A stretch of 64,000 bases of DNA from positions 31,460-95,459 of IMG/VR virus record IMGVR_UViG_3300020045_008546; one strand, given 5' to 3'. Each line of letters begins with the position of its first letter. Position 1 is the stretch's first letter. Shown here in pieces: positions 34,619 to 46,692 of this stretch. The translations under genes and the position numbers were made by a program. The stretch comes from a virus. The notes under the pieces are model-generated. The model did not search any database. It was given only the letters and a program-made list of their open reading frames with translations, and was not told the origin of the DNA.

Positions 34619-34699
34619 TGTCTCGATTTAAAGACAACTTGTATCGAATTCAAGACAATATATGTTCATAATATGAACGTTTTATTCAATTTATGAACA
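34619..34699. repeat. 21-bp-period tandem repeat plus inverted repeat (iteron/res-like)
   Basis: tgtctcgatttaaagacaa / tgtatcgaattcaagacaa; TGTTCATAA (34663) ... TTATGAACA (ends 34699). Confidence 0.55.
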
Positions 34700-34822
34700 A
34701 AAACTTTTATAAATAACTATAAATCATAAACTTACAAGCGTTTTTACATTCTTAAAGATTATTTATCAGACTAATTTTTATTTTATGTTGAAAAATAAAT
34801 TAAAAATAATTTTAAAAATGTA

Positions 34823-34879
34823 TTGTATATCAAAATAATATATCGACCTTTGAAATGCCGGAAGCAACGAAGCTAACGG
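34823..34879 (+). promoter_or_regulatory. Repeated promoter with operator and 5' hairpin (copy 4)
   Basis: TTGTATATCAAAATAATATA..GACCTTTG, then AGC-AACGAA-GCT within CCG/CGG. Confidence 0.75.
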
Positions 34880-34895
34880 AAAAAAAACAAAGAAA

Positions 34896-35390
34896 ATGAC
34901 TTCTCTAACTCAAATCATCAAATCAGAAACTTCTGAAATGTTTGCAAAATACTTGATCATGAAAGCTGAATGGGCTGGTCAATATTACGACAAACAAATT
35001 CAATGGGATACTAAATCAATTAGAGAAGCATTTGGAAAGAAAACAGAGATTAAAAGATTTAACGGTGAAATTGAAGTTCATTACAGCCAAACAAAAGAAT
35101 CAATGAACTTTGAAAATAAAATATACGCAATGAAATCAAAAGGAAGAGAAAGTTTTATTGAGAAAGAAATTAAACTTGCCAAACTTAACTACGAAGATGC
35201 AACTGAAAAACTAGCACTAAGAATTCATAAAAAAGGAATTAACATCGAAAACATGAAAGTTAATTCAGTAAGATTTAAAGAAGGAGATTTACAAACAATA
35301 TTCACAGATGGAGTTAATTATGTTAAAGCATTCACGATATTAGCATGGGGAAATGTAAACGCACCTCACTACCGATACCTAGTAAAATAA
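34896..35390 (+). CDS. Conserved-looking hypothetical phage protein
   Basis: C-terminal AFTILAWGNVNAPHYRYLVK; own promoter and a downstream hairpin near 35399-35417. Confidence 0.6.
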   Translation: MTSLTQIIKSETSEMFAKYLIMKAEWAGQYYDKQIQWDTKSIREAFGKKTEIKRFNGEIEVHYSQTKESMNFENKIYAMKSKGRESFIEKEIKLAKLNYEDATEKLALRIHKKGINIENMKVNSVRFKEGDLQTIFTDGVNYVKAFTILAWGNVNAPHYRYLVK

Positions 35391-35819
35391 ACAAAGAAGG
35401 GAGCCTAAAAACTCCCAATATTTTTGCATTTAAATAATAACTTTATTAAATCAGGCGTTCAATTATATTTTAGTGAAGGTATGGGAATATTTACGCGTAC
35501 GGGATGCGATGGAACTTTATCTAAGATAATTCATAGGTTCAGTATACTGCCAGAGAACAGAGATTTATTTATAACTACTAAGCGAATGAAAGAATATAAA
35601 TCTTATTGCGAAGAGTTAAGATTTGAATTATATAATCAAACTTTAATATAAATAGTAATGGATAAATTTAAATTTAGTGTTTATATATTTTGTTTGATAT
35701 TGAGTGCAATGTTATTATTTATATCTCTTTATCCAAATTCAGAAATGAAAGAAAAACAAATGATTTACTGCATACTATTATTTTCTAGCATTTATGCAAC
35801 AATCAATGAATATAAAAAA

Positions 35820-35847
35820 TAGCCGTTGATTACTGGTTCAACGGCTA
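35820..35847. terminator. Hairpin
   Basis: TAGCCGTTGA-N8-TCAACGGCTA. Confidence 0.6.
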
Positions 35848-36151
35848 ACACCTTTTTAAATCCCAGACCATAGGTAAAGGAATATATTATGAAAAAAATA
35901 ATTGGAGAATCCGATAGTATATACACAAATCTAAATAATTTTAAGAAAAAGAATGATAAAGAATTGCTATATCTATTAGAGATGATCGAAAACGAAATAG
36001 ATAGTTTAGATGTTCGAAAAAGGAGAATAGAAATTGAATTATATTATAGGTCAAATCCAGAAACAAGACCAAAATAGTGAAATTATAAAATTCAAATAAT
36101 TTTAAAGTTTCCATGTGGTTATATTCGAGACTTTATTATAATATTCAAACC

Positions 36152-37537
36152 TTACAAAGCTAAATCACTCGTATTATTACCATTATCAATCAATCCATTT
36201 AATCCTAGATCTTCAAGAGTAGATAGATTAGTAGGAACTAATACTTTATCAGCATTTTCGTCTGGTGCGTTATCGTATCTTAAAGCGTTTCTAATTTCGT
36301 TCGTAGTAAATACATTAGATGCCCTCATCCAAGTGACTGTATCCTTCATATCATCTTGAAGTTCCGGGAAGTACTCTAAATCGAAGTCTAAGACGTAATC
36401 TTTATCTTTGGTATATGTTGGCAGTATATCTCTATTGAACGTGTCTTTAAACGCTTCTAATTGCGGTATAACTGCATCTGTTAAGCTAATCTTACGCCCT
36501 GTTTCAATGTTATTGTAAGTAGAATTATCTCCCCACGGTGTAATTGCCTGATCTACATGGAATGCACCTAAAATATCTTTCTTAGTTACGTTCTGAGATT
36601 CAAGTATACCTAATTCAGAAGGACTAAAACCAACTCTAATAGTACCAAGTTCAATTGTATTAGCAATAATACCTCTGTTCTGATTTAGTTTATTATTTAA
36701 CCCATCAGAAGCAGCACTAATCTGTTCAATACTCATGTCATTCCAATCAGTTGCGCCTTTTGGAAATATAAAATCACGAATACCGTTAGACTGGTATAAA
36801 CTTGCTTCTAATTCATTTCCTTTATTATACTTATAAAGTATCTCCCTAATTGCGTAAAGCTGCGATAAGCCATAAAAAGCATCTGTTTCAGTGCGATAAG
36901 CAACGTTTAATGAATTTCGTGTTTGAGCAACGTTCAAAGCATCAATAAATACACCCGGAGCTGATTCTAAATAATATTTGCTAATTGGTTTATTCCATCC
37001 ACCAGAAACAATACGTACTTTTTGAGCAGGAGGTAAATACATTTGTTTAACAGCTCCCGTAGTGGCGTCATTTATCCCATCTCTGACATTAAACCAATAA
37101 GAGCTACCAACACCAGCCTTATATATATAAGACCCGTACATAAACTCATGGCGGGTCATTAAAGGATTGGGATTATCAATAAGTCTTTGCATTGGAGCAT
37201 CAGTAACTTCTTCCAATGCTTTATAACGCAAATCCATTGCAATACGAATAGATTTCTCAGTAGGAGAAGCAAGCATAGCCTTATATTTTCTATAAGACTT
37301 TTCATCTTTAATTTTAGATATAACAGGTGGACAACTTGCTACTTTTTGACCTACCCAATCCATGACACTAAAAACGATATGATTATTCAGAAACCCCTCA
37401 ACAAGTAGATTTGAAGTATCAGAGGCGAACCAAGTCACTTCCGTATTTGGCATGAACCTAAATAACATTTCGCTTGGGCGATTTACTGCCTTTGGTTGTC
37501 CGTTAATATCTTTCTTTAAAAAATCAAATAATCCCAT
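36152..37537 (-). CDS. HK97-family portal protein
   Basis: LIDNPNPLMT..EF, FYGLSQL, STYNNIE, T.NEIRNAL; next to terminase. Confidence 0.92.
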   Translation of the reverse strand: MGLFDFLKKDINGQPKAVNRPSEMLFRFMPNTEVTWFASDTSNLLVEGFLNNHIVFSVMDWVGQKVASCPPVISKIKDEKSYRKYKAMLASPTEKSIRIAMDLRYKALEEVTDAPMQRLIDNPNPLMTRHEFMYGSYIYKAGVGSSYWFNVRDGINDATTGAVKQMYLPPAQKVRIVSGGWNKPISKYYLESAPGVFIDALNVAQTRNSLNVAYRTETDAFYGLSQLYAIREILYKYNKGNELEASLYQSNGIRDFIFPKGATDWNDMSIEQISAASDGLNNKLNQNRGIIANTIELGTIRVGFSPSELGILESQNVTKKDILGAFHVDQAITPWGDNSTYNNIETGRKISLTDAVIPQLEAFKDTFNRDILPTYTKDKDYVLDFDLEYFPELQDDMKDTVTWMRASNVFTTNEIRNALRYDNAPDENADKVLVPTNLSTLEDLGLNGLIDNGNNTSDLAL

Positions 37538-37554
37538 TCCCCTCTATCGTTTTC

Positions 37555-38862
37555 TTATCCGAAATTCCAAACCAATTTTTTCATAACATGCTGACTATAA
37601 GCGGAATAGCGCAAACTATCGAGGCCGTGATTCCACAGGTCGACAGGCGTATTAGACTTTTTATCATGCCAAACATAATTATTCAATTCTTTTAGCAAAT
37701 TTACACTATTTGGATCAATAACCAACTTAAAGTCTTGTAACAGTGCTATGCCTGCGCTAATCGAACCCGGACCTTTAACAGCCTCTTTAATATTACAACC
37801 TAATTTCTTTAATTCTTCTATCAATCTAGGCTCTGCGCTATCAGCATAAATTATACTTTTACCGGCATATTCTAGGTTAAATGCAGCGATTTGGCTAGTA
37901 GTTAACTTAGGTCTGTATAGCAATTCCTTAGCGTATATAATTTTACGTGACTTATCTATACTCGTTTGAATCAAAGTAGTAGGATCAATACTAAAACCAT
38001 AATCCTGACCATAAACACTTGGTGCAACTTCCCTAAATTCACCTATTTCCCAATTAGTATAAATAACACCCTCGGCACTATTTAACCAACCGCCTAAAAC
38101 AACGTATTTAAAGTAGTTCCAAGCCTTTACCATCATAGGACTTGCGTATTGCTTCTCTTCTTTACTTAAAGCCTCGTATTCCTCATATAAGCCGCGCTTC
38201 TCTTCGAAGTCTTCAAAGATATTATCAGCTATGAATTCTCGCTCTATATCTAAGTATGAAGAGTGAATATAAAGAACATTACCTTTAACACCGTTAAATC
38301 CTTCGTTTACGCCCCTTGCTTCGAATAATTCAGTATAGACCCAATGTTCTTTTGTTGTAGGGTTTAGAATTAAAATACTAAGGTTTCTAACATCTAATGA
38401 ACGTATTGACTTTCGTATTTTATCCCAGTTATCAAAAGAGGTCATTTCCTCAGCTTCTTCTAAGATAAATACTGAAAAGTTCTTTAATGACTTTAAATTA
38501 GCAGTTTGATTTCCACTACTTGTTTTAACGCCTTTAAATACAATCTTGCTTTGATTCTTTATTCCTTCAATCCTATCTTTCTGAACATTAAAATCAGCTT
38601 GGCAATTAAGTATATCTAACTTCTCTTTAAACTCAGGTATAATACTATCCTCAGCACTGGTTAAGGTATATCTGGTATAAAGTATACGATGGGCATAGTC
38701 CTTACTGGCAACACAACTAAAAAGACCGACACCAAATGACTTTTGGGAATATCGGCCTCCTGTTATAACTACTGTATCTACTTTATGTAATGGATTACCC
38801 TCTTTACATCCTAGCCACTCAAATAAAGGCTCAAACTTTTTACTGAGTTTAATTTCACTCAT
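37555..38862 (-). CDS. terL: Terminase large subunit (PBSX/Terminase_3 type)
   Basis: TGGRYSQKS Walker A, ILEEAEE Walker B, LNP, GQDYGFSIDPT, ADSAEP, NHGLDSLRY. Confidence 0.95.
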   Translation of the reverse strand: MSEIKLSKKFEPLFEWLGCKEGNPLHKVDTVVITGGRYSQKSFGVGLFSCVASKDYAHRILYTRYTLTSAEDSIIPEFKEKLDILNCQADFNVQKDRIEGIKNQSKIVFKGVKTSSGNQTANLKSLKNFSVFILEEAEEMTSFDNWDKIRKSIRSLDVRNLSILILNPTTKEHWVYTELFEARGVNEGFNGVKGNVLYIHSSYLDIEREFIADNIFEDFEEKRGLYEEYEALSKEEKQYASPMMVKAWNYFKYVVLGGWLNSAEGVIYTNWEIGEFREVAPSVYGQDYGFSIDPTTLIQTSIDKSRKIIYAKELLYRPKLTTSQIAAFNLEYAGKSIIYADSAEPRLIEELKKLGCNIKEAVKGPGSISAGIALLQDFKLVIDPNSVNLLKELNNYVWHDKKSNTPVDLWNHGLDSLRYSAYSQHVMKKLVWNFG

Positions 38863-39439
38863 TACGAACTCCGTTACTAAATATGATAGTTGTTTGTTCT
38901 ATCTTTTCGCCATTAGTAGTATGATCAATTTCTTGTTTATCGCGCCATTTTTTAGGTTGACGGTTTTTAAGCCAATTTAAAGCAGCACCCGGATCTGGTG
39001 GCACTTCTTTTACTACTACTTTTTTCTTATAAGCATCTACTGAAATACCTTCGTTATCAACATCATCTTCTGATATAAAACTATTACCTTCTTTAACTAC
39101 TATTTTCTCGTATGTAACCTCTTCATAGCGGTATCCCATAGCCCTTTTATGGAAAGATGCAGTTACTTCACCATCAGCAATATCACGACCGCGCAAAACC
39201 CCCTCGGAAAATTCTTTATATTGTACCATCCATTCTTTTATGGTATCATAATGAACTTCGAAGTAAGTAGCTAATTCTGGAACTGTTAACCCTAATAATG
39301 TTAATTTATATGCTTGATCTGCAAACTCTGGTTTATACTTAGTAGGTCTTCCGCTATTAGTTAAACCAAGTGCGTATGAATTACCTTCTGGCGCGGGCAT
39401 ATCGTTTTCCTCCTTTCCTTCGTCCGATATTTCAGACAT
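38855..39439 (-). CDS. terS: Terminase small subunit
   Basis: GRPTKYKPEF, HTH, PPDPGAALNWLKNRQPKKWRDKQE; overlaps terL. Confidence 0.88.
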   Translation of the reverse strand: MSEISDEGKEENDMPAPEGNSYALGLTNSGRPTKYKPEFADQAYKLTLLGLTVPELATYFEVHYDTIKEWMVQYKEFSEGVLRGRDIADGEVTASFHKRAMGYRYEEVTYEKIVVKEGNSFISEDDVDNEGISVDAYKKKVVVKEVPPDPGAALNWLKNRQPKKWRDKQEIDHTTNGEKIEQTTIIFSNGVRNE

Positions 39440-39493
39440 AAAATTTAGTTTAAATTAACTTGTAATAATATTCAAATATACAAACACTTTTTA

Positions 39494-40429
39494 TAAAAAG
39501 AAAGTTGAGTTTTTTAGTCCCAACTTTCAGATTAACCTTCGAGGCGTATGGGACATCTTTTCTAGTTAATTACTTTCTACAACATTACTAAATTCATAAG
39601 TAGTTTTTGTTGTGCTAATTCCGTTATCAGGTAAGGCGTTAAATCTTAGTTCATGTCCTATCCAATCTTGAATAGGTAAAGTAGATTCAGATTTAATATA
39701 TTTATCAACAACCGCCTTTGCAATATTTAGCTCTGTTTTAAAACATTGCGTACCATTCCAATAGTTTGTTAAGTTTTGCATGTTATTTTGTTGGATATTT
39801 GATATATAAATTTACGAAATAAAATCATAAAAAGAAAGTTGAGCTACATTACCTTAAAAAACTTCTCTAATGAATATTCAAGCTCTTTATATCCTTTTAA
39901 GTGGGAAAAGTTTAATTGGTTTTTAGTCCATTCACCATAAGCTATTTCTTCAAGAACTTCATCATCTATTAATTCTGGATTATCGCCAAAGAATTTTAAG
40001 CACGCAGTCGTTATTCTATTTAAATGATTTTCTGGCAACTCGATTTCTGGTTTATCAATGTTTATACATCCGTTATCATATTGCATATTACGCATTAATT
40101 GAATAGCGATATCAGTAGCTTGAATATAGTCTAATTTCTGTCTCATGCTATACCTTGAATTTCTGCTAAATTTGATATTTCAAAACCCTTATAGCTTAAT
40201 ATTCCTTGAATTGCATAAATAACCTGAGCCTTAGTATCTCTATAAACTACACATCCCGGATCGCCAACATTAGAGGTAACAGGAACAGCCATCCACCCGG
40301 AACCATCTTCTAACTCTTTAACTTCTACGTTTACCCATTTTTTAGTTCTCGCCCAACCTTCATACATTGCGCTTCTTTGGTCGTCATTCATATTTGATTA
40401 TTATTTTTAAGGTTAAAAAGAAAGTTGAG
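39494..40429 (-). repeat. Three exact copies of TAAAAAGAAAGTTGAG (terminator 3' arm) at 39494, 39828 and 40414
   Basis: Copies 1 and 3 form full hairpins with CCAACTT; copy 2 is a half site abutting a stop codon. Confidence 0.8.
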
Positions 40430-43400
40430 TAATTAACCCAACTTCTAAAATTATTCATCTATCATGTGCTTCCTTAAACTTAGCAATCGCTTTATTTAAA
40501 TCTATCAACTCTTGTAAAGTCATTACAGATTTAGCCTCCCTAAACTTTCTTTCGAATTCTTTCATTTGTTCATTCATCTTTTTTTATGTTTAAAGAGTTT
40601 AACCATTTATTGAATTTTGTAATAGATGCTATGAATATAAATACAAATCCTATAAAAGATAAAATTGATGATGTTAATACAAATAAAAAGTATAAGGCAG
40701 ACCCTGTAAAGTTCCCATGTTTACTGACATCAATCCATAAAGATACATCCCCCGCTATACAATATAAAATTGTTATGACACTCCAAAATATTTCAGAATT
40801 AGACCATTTATCATCATCTTGGTCATTAGAGTAACCAACTCCACTTTTAGCTATTTTATTTATTAAATACGGGCTAAAAAACATCATAATTATTTCTTTT
40901 TGTTTAGTTTATATAGTAAAGTATAAATTTGTCTTATTCTCTTCCATTCGTTATTTTTCATAGTATTATATCTCCGTTAATTTCATATCCCGAACGCCTT
41001 AATATTTGCTTTACGTCAAAAGGTTTAGCATGTTTAATCATTACCTTATTAGCGTTTTCTATCCTTGATCTATCTAGTTCACTGAATAATTCAGGATGAT
41101 TATTTATTTTCCTTACAAGTAGTCTATATAAATCAGATAGGGCGAATTCAAGTGTATCTGTTTCCATTATGCGTATTCATATAATTTATTAAACTCGGTT
41201 GCGTTAACTACTCTTACTTGTTTATCTGTATCTATATATAAAACATCGCTAGGCGTTAATTTATATACTCCGTTAATAGTTGGCACTAAATAAAGACTAT
41301 CATTCTCATGGGTAATATTTACGCCTTCAAAATGGATACTCCAATGTGGATGTTCTGTTGTTTCTTTCGCATATTGAACAAACTCTTCGAATGTCAATGC
41401 AAATATTGTTACCGGCTTCTTTTTATAAAATGGCATAGCCCTTTTTGTTTAAGTTTTTAAATAACTGGCTTTTCATTAGTATACCAACTAATAGTTAATT
41501 CTTCATCCCAATAAAGACTAAAATTATCACCTCCAAAACTTTTATTGTCTTTTAATTGCAATCTCATAAAAGCATCGCCTTTACTTGTTTGAGTTGGGAT
41601 AGCGTATATACCGTCAGGTGCATTGCCATCAGGAAATCTTTTCTTTAAATAATTTCCAGCTTCATTAAATTCTGCTAACATAATCTTGTCTATTTAAATT
41701 GTTTATAATCCGTAAATTGTATCCGTTCCAAAAGTTTTGCTATTCACATACTTCTCGCCAGTACTAATAATAACTTCACTTTTACCTATATTCTCATTAG
41801 TAGCGTAAACTATTCCTCCTAATCCTTTTTTATATTCCTTTGAATTGCCTAATCCATCGGTAGTCATTACATTAGAATAATCTACCGAGCAAGGTAAGGG
41901 TGTTTTATTTAACTCATTTTGCCTAGTCCAGTAATCATCTTTCAAATCAGGCGTTGGATAATAGTCTTCTGAATTAATCGGTTTATTCTCATACCAAGCT
42001 TTTAAATCATCAGGCGTTCCACTTTCTACTGAGTTAATATCTATCTGATTAAGGTTAGTATTCTCCTTAATTGCTTCGGTGTTTCTATTAACCGACTTTG
42101 TTAGGTCTGTTATTGCTTTTATTAGTTGTTTCGTGTAGTCCAATGTAGTATTTGTTTAAAGTAATTAATAAACTTGTCTCTTCTTTTTCTTCGTTCAATT
42201 CTTTTATTTACACTCATCAGGTACTTATGGAATTCTGGTCTATGCTGTAAATAAATGTATACTTCTACGTTAAAATCATTTCTCATATCACCTTAATATT
42301 TTCTCGTAAAACTCATTTTGATTATACTTTTCGCCTACTACAATTTCATATTGATGATCTAAATAAGCAATAGCACTTTCTATTCTTTCTTTTTCAAACT
42401 TATTCCTAATGTTATCAAATTTATCATCGCCAATATGTTTTAGCATTTCATCCATTGTTCCTAATAGGTTACATTGAAGATAATGTCTTATATTAAGCAA
42501 CTCATAAACGTGTTGTTCTTTTGCTAGTTTAGTTAAATCTTTCATAATTAATTCAATTTTTTACCAATTCTTTTCTCTAAAACAGAAACTAATTCATCGA
42601 TTGTAGGCTTTAATATATAATTCATTTTAAATGACTTCGTAGCGACTAACATTGTTCTCAAAATGTGATTATCATCAGATTTTATTCTTGACTTAATATA
42701 TTTCCTTGCACCTTCATAATCTTCATTAGCAAACATTATCTTAAAGTCTCTATATATTTGAAGTAAATATTCAGTTTCGTTCATAGTTTCTTGAATTCAT
42801 TATTAGCATCTATTAAAGCCTCCATACATAAGTCATAAGCATATTGTAATACCTTTTCGCCTATTTTAGGTATCAATTTATTTCCAAACAAATCAATTGA
42901 TACCGGCATTGATCTTTGCAAATCAATGGATGTAGATAAATTCTCAATATTTGATTTTAAGATTTTAACTTTATTATAGGCCTCGTTTCTTATATCCAAT
43001 TCTTCTTTTGTCATGATACAATAATATTTTGATATTCAAATAATTCGTTAAACTTATATAGTTTACCCTCAAAATCTTCAACAATACAATATCCTTCATC
43101 AATCATCTTTTGTAGTTGATTATCGTTAATAAATAGTACTTCATTTGATTTTTTGTATTCTTTGTCTTCCATGGGTTATATTTGTTTAATACAAATGTTC
43201 AGAATATAAAGTTGTTTTACCTAAATCATCGCATATAAGTTGATTCGCTTTTAAGGCAACTATCATAGCTTCTTCTCTATTTAAAAATCTATTTAAGTTA
43301 GTTAAAAATCCTTGTGTGCTACCTCTAAGAACTTTAATCCTTATCTGATCTTGTTCTTTATTAGTTTGCCAATCAGGATAAAACCATTCGGCTAATTGTT

Positions 43401-44012
43401 GAATACATTGTCCGTGCCTATGCCCACATACTACTATTCCAGTATCTATATTAGTACACATTAATCTTCTATAAGGATTACCATCATCATAATGAATAGC
43501 AGCGCAAAGGATAGTTTCTTTCATTTGTCTTCAACAAATTCATATAAAGGTTTAATTATCCATTTCTTATCATCAAAGTATTTCCCTGAATCTCTTTTAA
43601 TACTATCTAATGCTTGATCCGCAATAAATTTATTGTCATATATTTTGCTACTCCAACGAGTATAAAAGGATTTCTCTATTCCACCTAATGCTTCGTTAGT
43701 ATAAGTAGTTTCAAATTCAATTACATATCCGTATAGTTTCTTTTTATATGGAGAATTATTTACATATTTAGTATAACTTTCTATTATCTCTAATATCTGA
43801 TCTGATTCTAAATTATAAAATATAGTATCAATATCATATGAAGCACCAACTTCTTTTTGAATAAATTCCTTTAACGTTAATTTCATCTTGGTGTTATTTT
43901 ATCAAAGTCTTTGCCGATAGTTTCCCAATCACTTCTTAACGCCTCTTCATCTGTTTTATTAATTATCTTTTTTATTTCAGGCGTATATATAGTTGGGTTT
44001 AAATTAAATATA

Positions 44013-44318
44013 CTAGATATTGCCTTTAATATTGACTTCATGTAACTTTTCATTTTCTAAAAAATCTTTAAATGAATCAAAATTTAATACCGGCACTTTG
44101 CCAACAAATAAAGATAACTCTATAAATTTACTAAGCTTAGAATTAAAATTACCATTAAGTATTTTTGAAATATACCTCAAAGGAACATCCATCTGTTCGG
44201 CTACTTCGTGTTTAGCTATATCATTCTCTTTCATGTAATCGTCTAGCAATCTAAATGCTTCACATTGTAAAATAGTTAACCAATAACCTTTACTTTTAAT
44301 TAGTTTTTCCCTTTCCAT
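44013..44318 (-). CDS. XRE-HTH protein of Bacteroidota HigA-like antitoxin type (orphan)
   Basis: RE.LIKS.GYW...Q, YM.EN....EVAEQM.V...YISKILNG.FNSKLSK.IELSL..GKVP. Confidence 0.75.
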   Translation of the reverse strand: MEREKLIKSKGYWLTILQCEAFRLLDDYMKENDIAKHEVAEQMDVPLRYISKILNGNFNSKLSKFIELSLFVGKVPVLNFDSFKDFLENEKLHEVNIKGNI

Positions 44319-44740
44319 TAAACTACATATTTAAATTCATCTTCATTCCATTGTCTAACCTTCGCAATAGGTTCACTAAAATTACAAAAGCAAGGTTCTT
44401 TCTGCCATTCGCCTTCCAACATAAAAGTTAAAGCTGTTTCTTCTAAAAGCTTATAAATAATATGAATGTGATCAGCTTCTATTGTGTATGATGTTCCCGG
44501 TAATCTTTCAATGTCTTCGTAGAACCAAGTGCCATAATCCATTATATGAAACACTCTTTCAATAAAACCGCCTTTAATTACGTGTGAAGTAATTTTAAAC
44601 GGATGCGAATGCGCTTGTTGATCTAATGATTCAGGCGAAAGAAATTGATTAAAAGATCCTTTAACACCAAAATCTGATTCTAAATGAAATTTATGGAAGA
44701 TATTTGAAAGTGGCTCGTGTCTTAATGTTGGTTGATTCAT
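44318..44740 (-). CDS. Cupin-fold protein
   Basis: AHSHPF...VIKGGFIE and DHIHII metal-binding motifs. Confidence 0.7.
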   Translation of the reverse strand: MNQPTLRHEPLSNIFHKFHLESDFGVKGSFNQFLSPESLDQQAHSHPFKITSHVIKGGFIERVFHIMDYGTWFYEDIERLPGTSYTIEADHIHIIYKLLEETALTFMLEGEWQKEPCFCNFSEPIAKVRQWNEDEFKYVV

Positions 44741-46692
44741 TGTTTAGTTGTTGTGTTTATAATATAGCATTTACGATAACTTCATCTAAATACAGTTCAA
44801 ATAAATTCCATGCAAGCTCTTTGTTTTTTAACATTGATCTATGGTATCCAATAGTTATCTCAAAACTAACCTGTTCGCAAATTAATGTAACATCAGACAA
44901 AGGCATTCCGCAAGTTTGACCTCCTGACATATGTTGCCTAGGTGACTTCCATTCTATTAATGTTTTTATATAATTTATTGTTTCTTGTTTAGCCGTTTCC
45001 ATACACTAATATACAAATTAATTAATTGATAATCAAACTTTTATTGATTTATTATTCAACAATTTAGCCCTTAATACTAATCTTCCCGTACGACAATCAA
45101 ATTCTGAAAACCAAACTTTAAATTTATGCCAACCAATTACTTTCTTTATTTCCCTTGCAATGATATTAGTATTCAAAGTTGTAGCGTATTTGCCTATCCA
45201 ATTATCAATATTTGGTTTAACTTTATCACATAGATCATCTGTAAAATCTCTTGTGCCAAAAATTACTATTGACTTTATTATTAAATGTTCCATATTTTAT
45301 GCTGAATATCCTAGTTCTCTTAGAAAGTCCGTTAGCTCAAAACAAGTAGGTTTCTTTTTAGGGTCGCCCCAATAGCTATAACTACCATCATCTCTAAGAT
45401 ATAGATTTGAGCCATCGCCATCCATAATAGTCACATCAACACCTCTATCGCATTTTTTCATAGATTCTCCCATAAAGAAAGAAAATATTTTAGAACAATC
45501 ACGAGTACTATTTATAATAGAACTCAAAGGCTTATATTTAGGCGTAAACATACCCATTATATGCTCAGCTAATCCTTTAACTTGCGCATGTCTAACACAT
45601 GATACGCTTGAATATATAGCTTCTTGTAAGTCTTCTATTGTTGGTTTCATTGTTTATATTTTTTAATAGTTATATTAATGCAAATGAAACAAATAGTCCA
45701 TATTAAAATATTATAATAATAGAACCAATTATGAGGCGAATTTACTGCAAGTGCTATAAATAATATTACGTTAAAAGCCAATAGAAACCTATTGAATTTC
45801 ATTAGTTTTAAATTTTTCATTTAGTTAACTCTCTATAAAGGTTTAATACATATTGAAAATCAGCTATCTTTCTTTCTACTAAAAAAGCTAATAAATCATG
45901 TTGGTTTCTAGTTAGGTTCTTTATCTTACCTTGATGCTCTTTTAAAAATCTTTCGAAGTCTGGCGAGTAATTCATTTCGTTAAAACTTTAAGTCCATACT
46001 CATATTTCAAATTAACCTGTTGTTGTACTAAATGAAACTTTTCATCGTACTCTTTGTCTGTTACTCCTTCAATACGCTTTATTAGTAATGATGTTGCACT
46101 ACTTTCGTGCTCATGGAATTCTAGCTTCAAAAGGCGTTCTCGCAGTAGGGTTAGGTATTGCTCTCTGTTTGACATATTACATTTCTTTTAATTGATATAA
46201 CCTCTGTTCGTATTTAATTTCCAAAACATCTATTACTTCATAATTAAGATAATTACTATCATCGCATTTATCTACATATAATATTTTATCGCCAATATTA
46301 TAACCGTCTTTCATGTATATTAAAAAGCCGTCATGAGGGATACTCATTTCTTCACTATCTAATTCTATTACGTGTATCATAATTATTTATAAGTCATTAA
46401 CATTTTATCATCATTATTTTCTAATTCAATACTTATGCAAGTACTAGCAATGTCATTTTCAACTTCAAACCATTTACCTACTATCCTGTATCTTTTTTCG
46501 CCTACAATAATTAATTGTCCTATATCAAGGCAATGATTAAATTCAATATCCCCTAAGTAGATATCTTCTTTGTTTTCGTATGTATGAACCTTTATAGTCA
46601 TAGTTATTTTGTTAAACTGGTTTGTTTACTAATTAAATTGGTGATATGTTTTATATACTTAAAAAGGCAAATTTAATGAGTTAATATCGATG

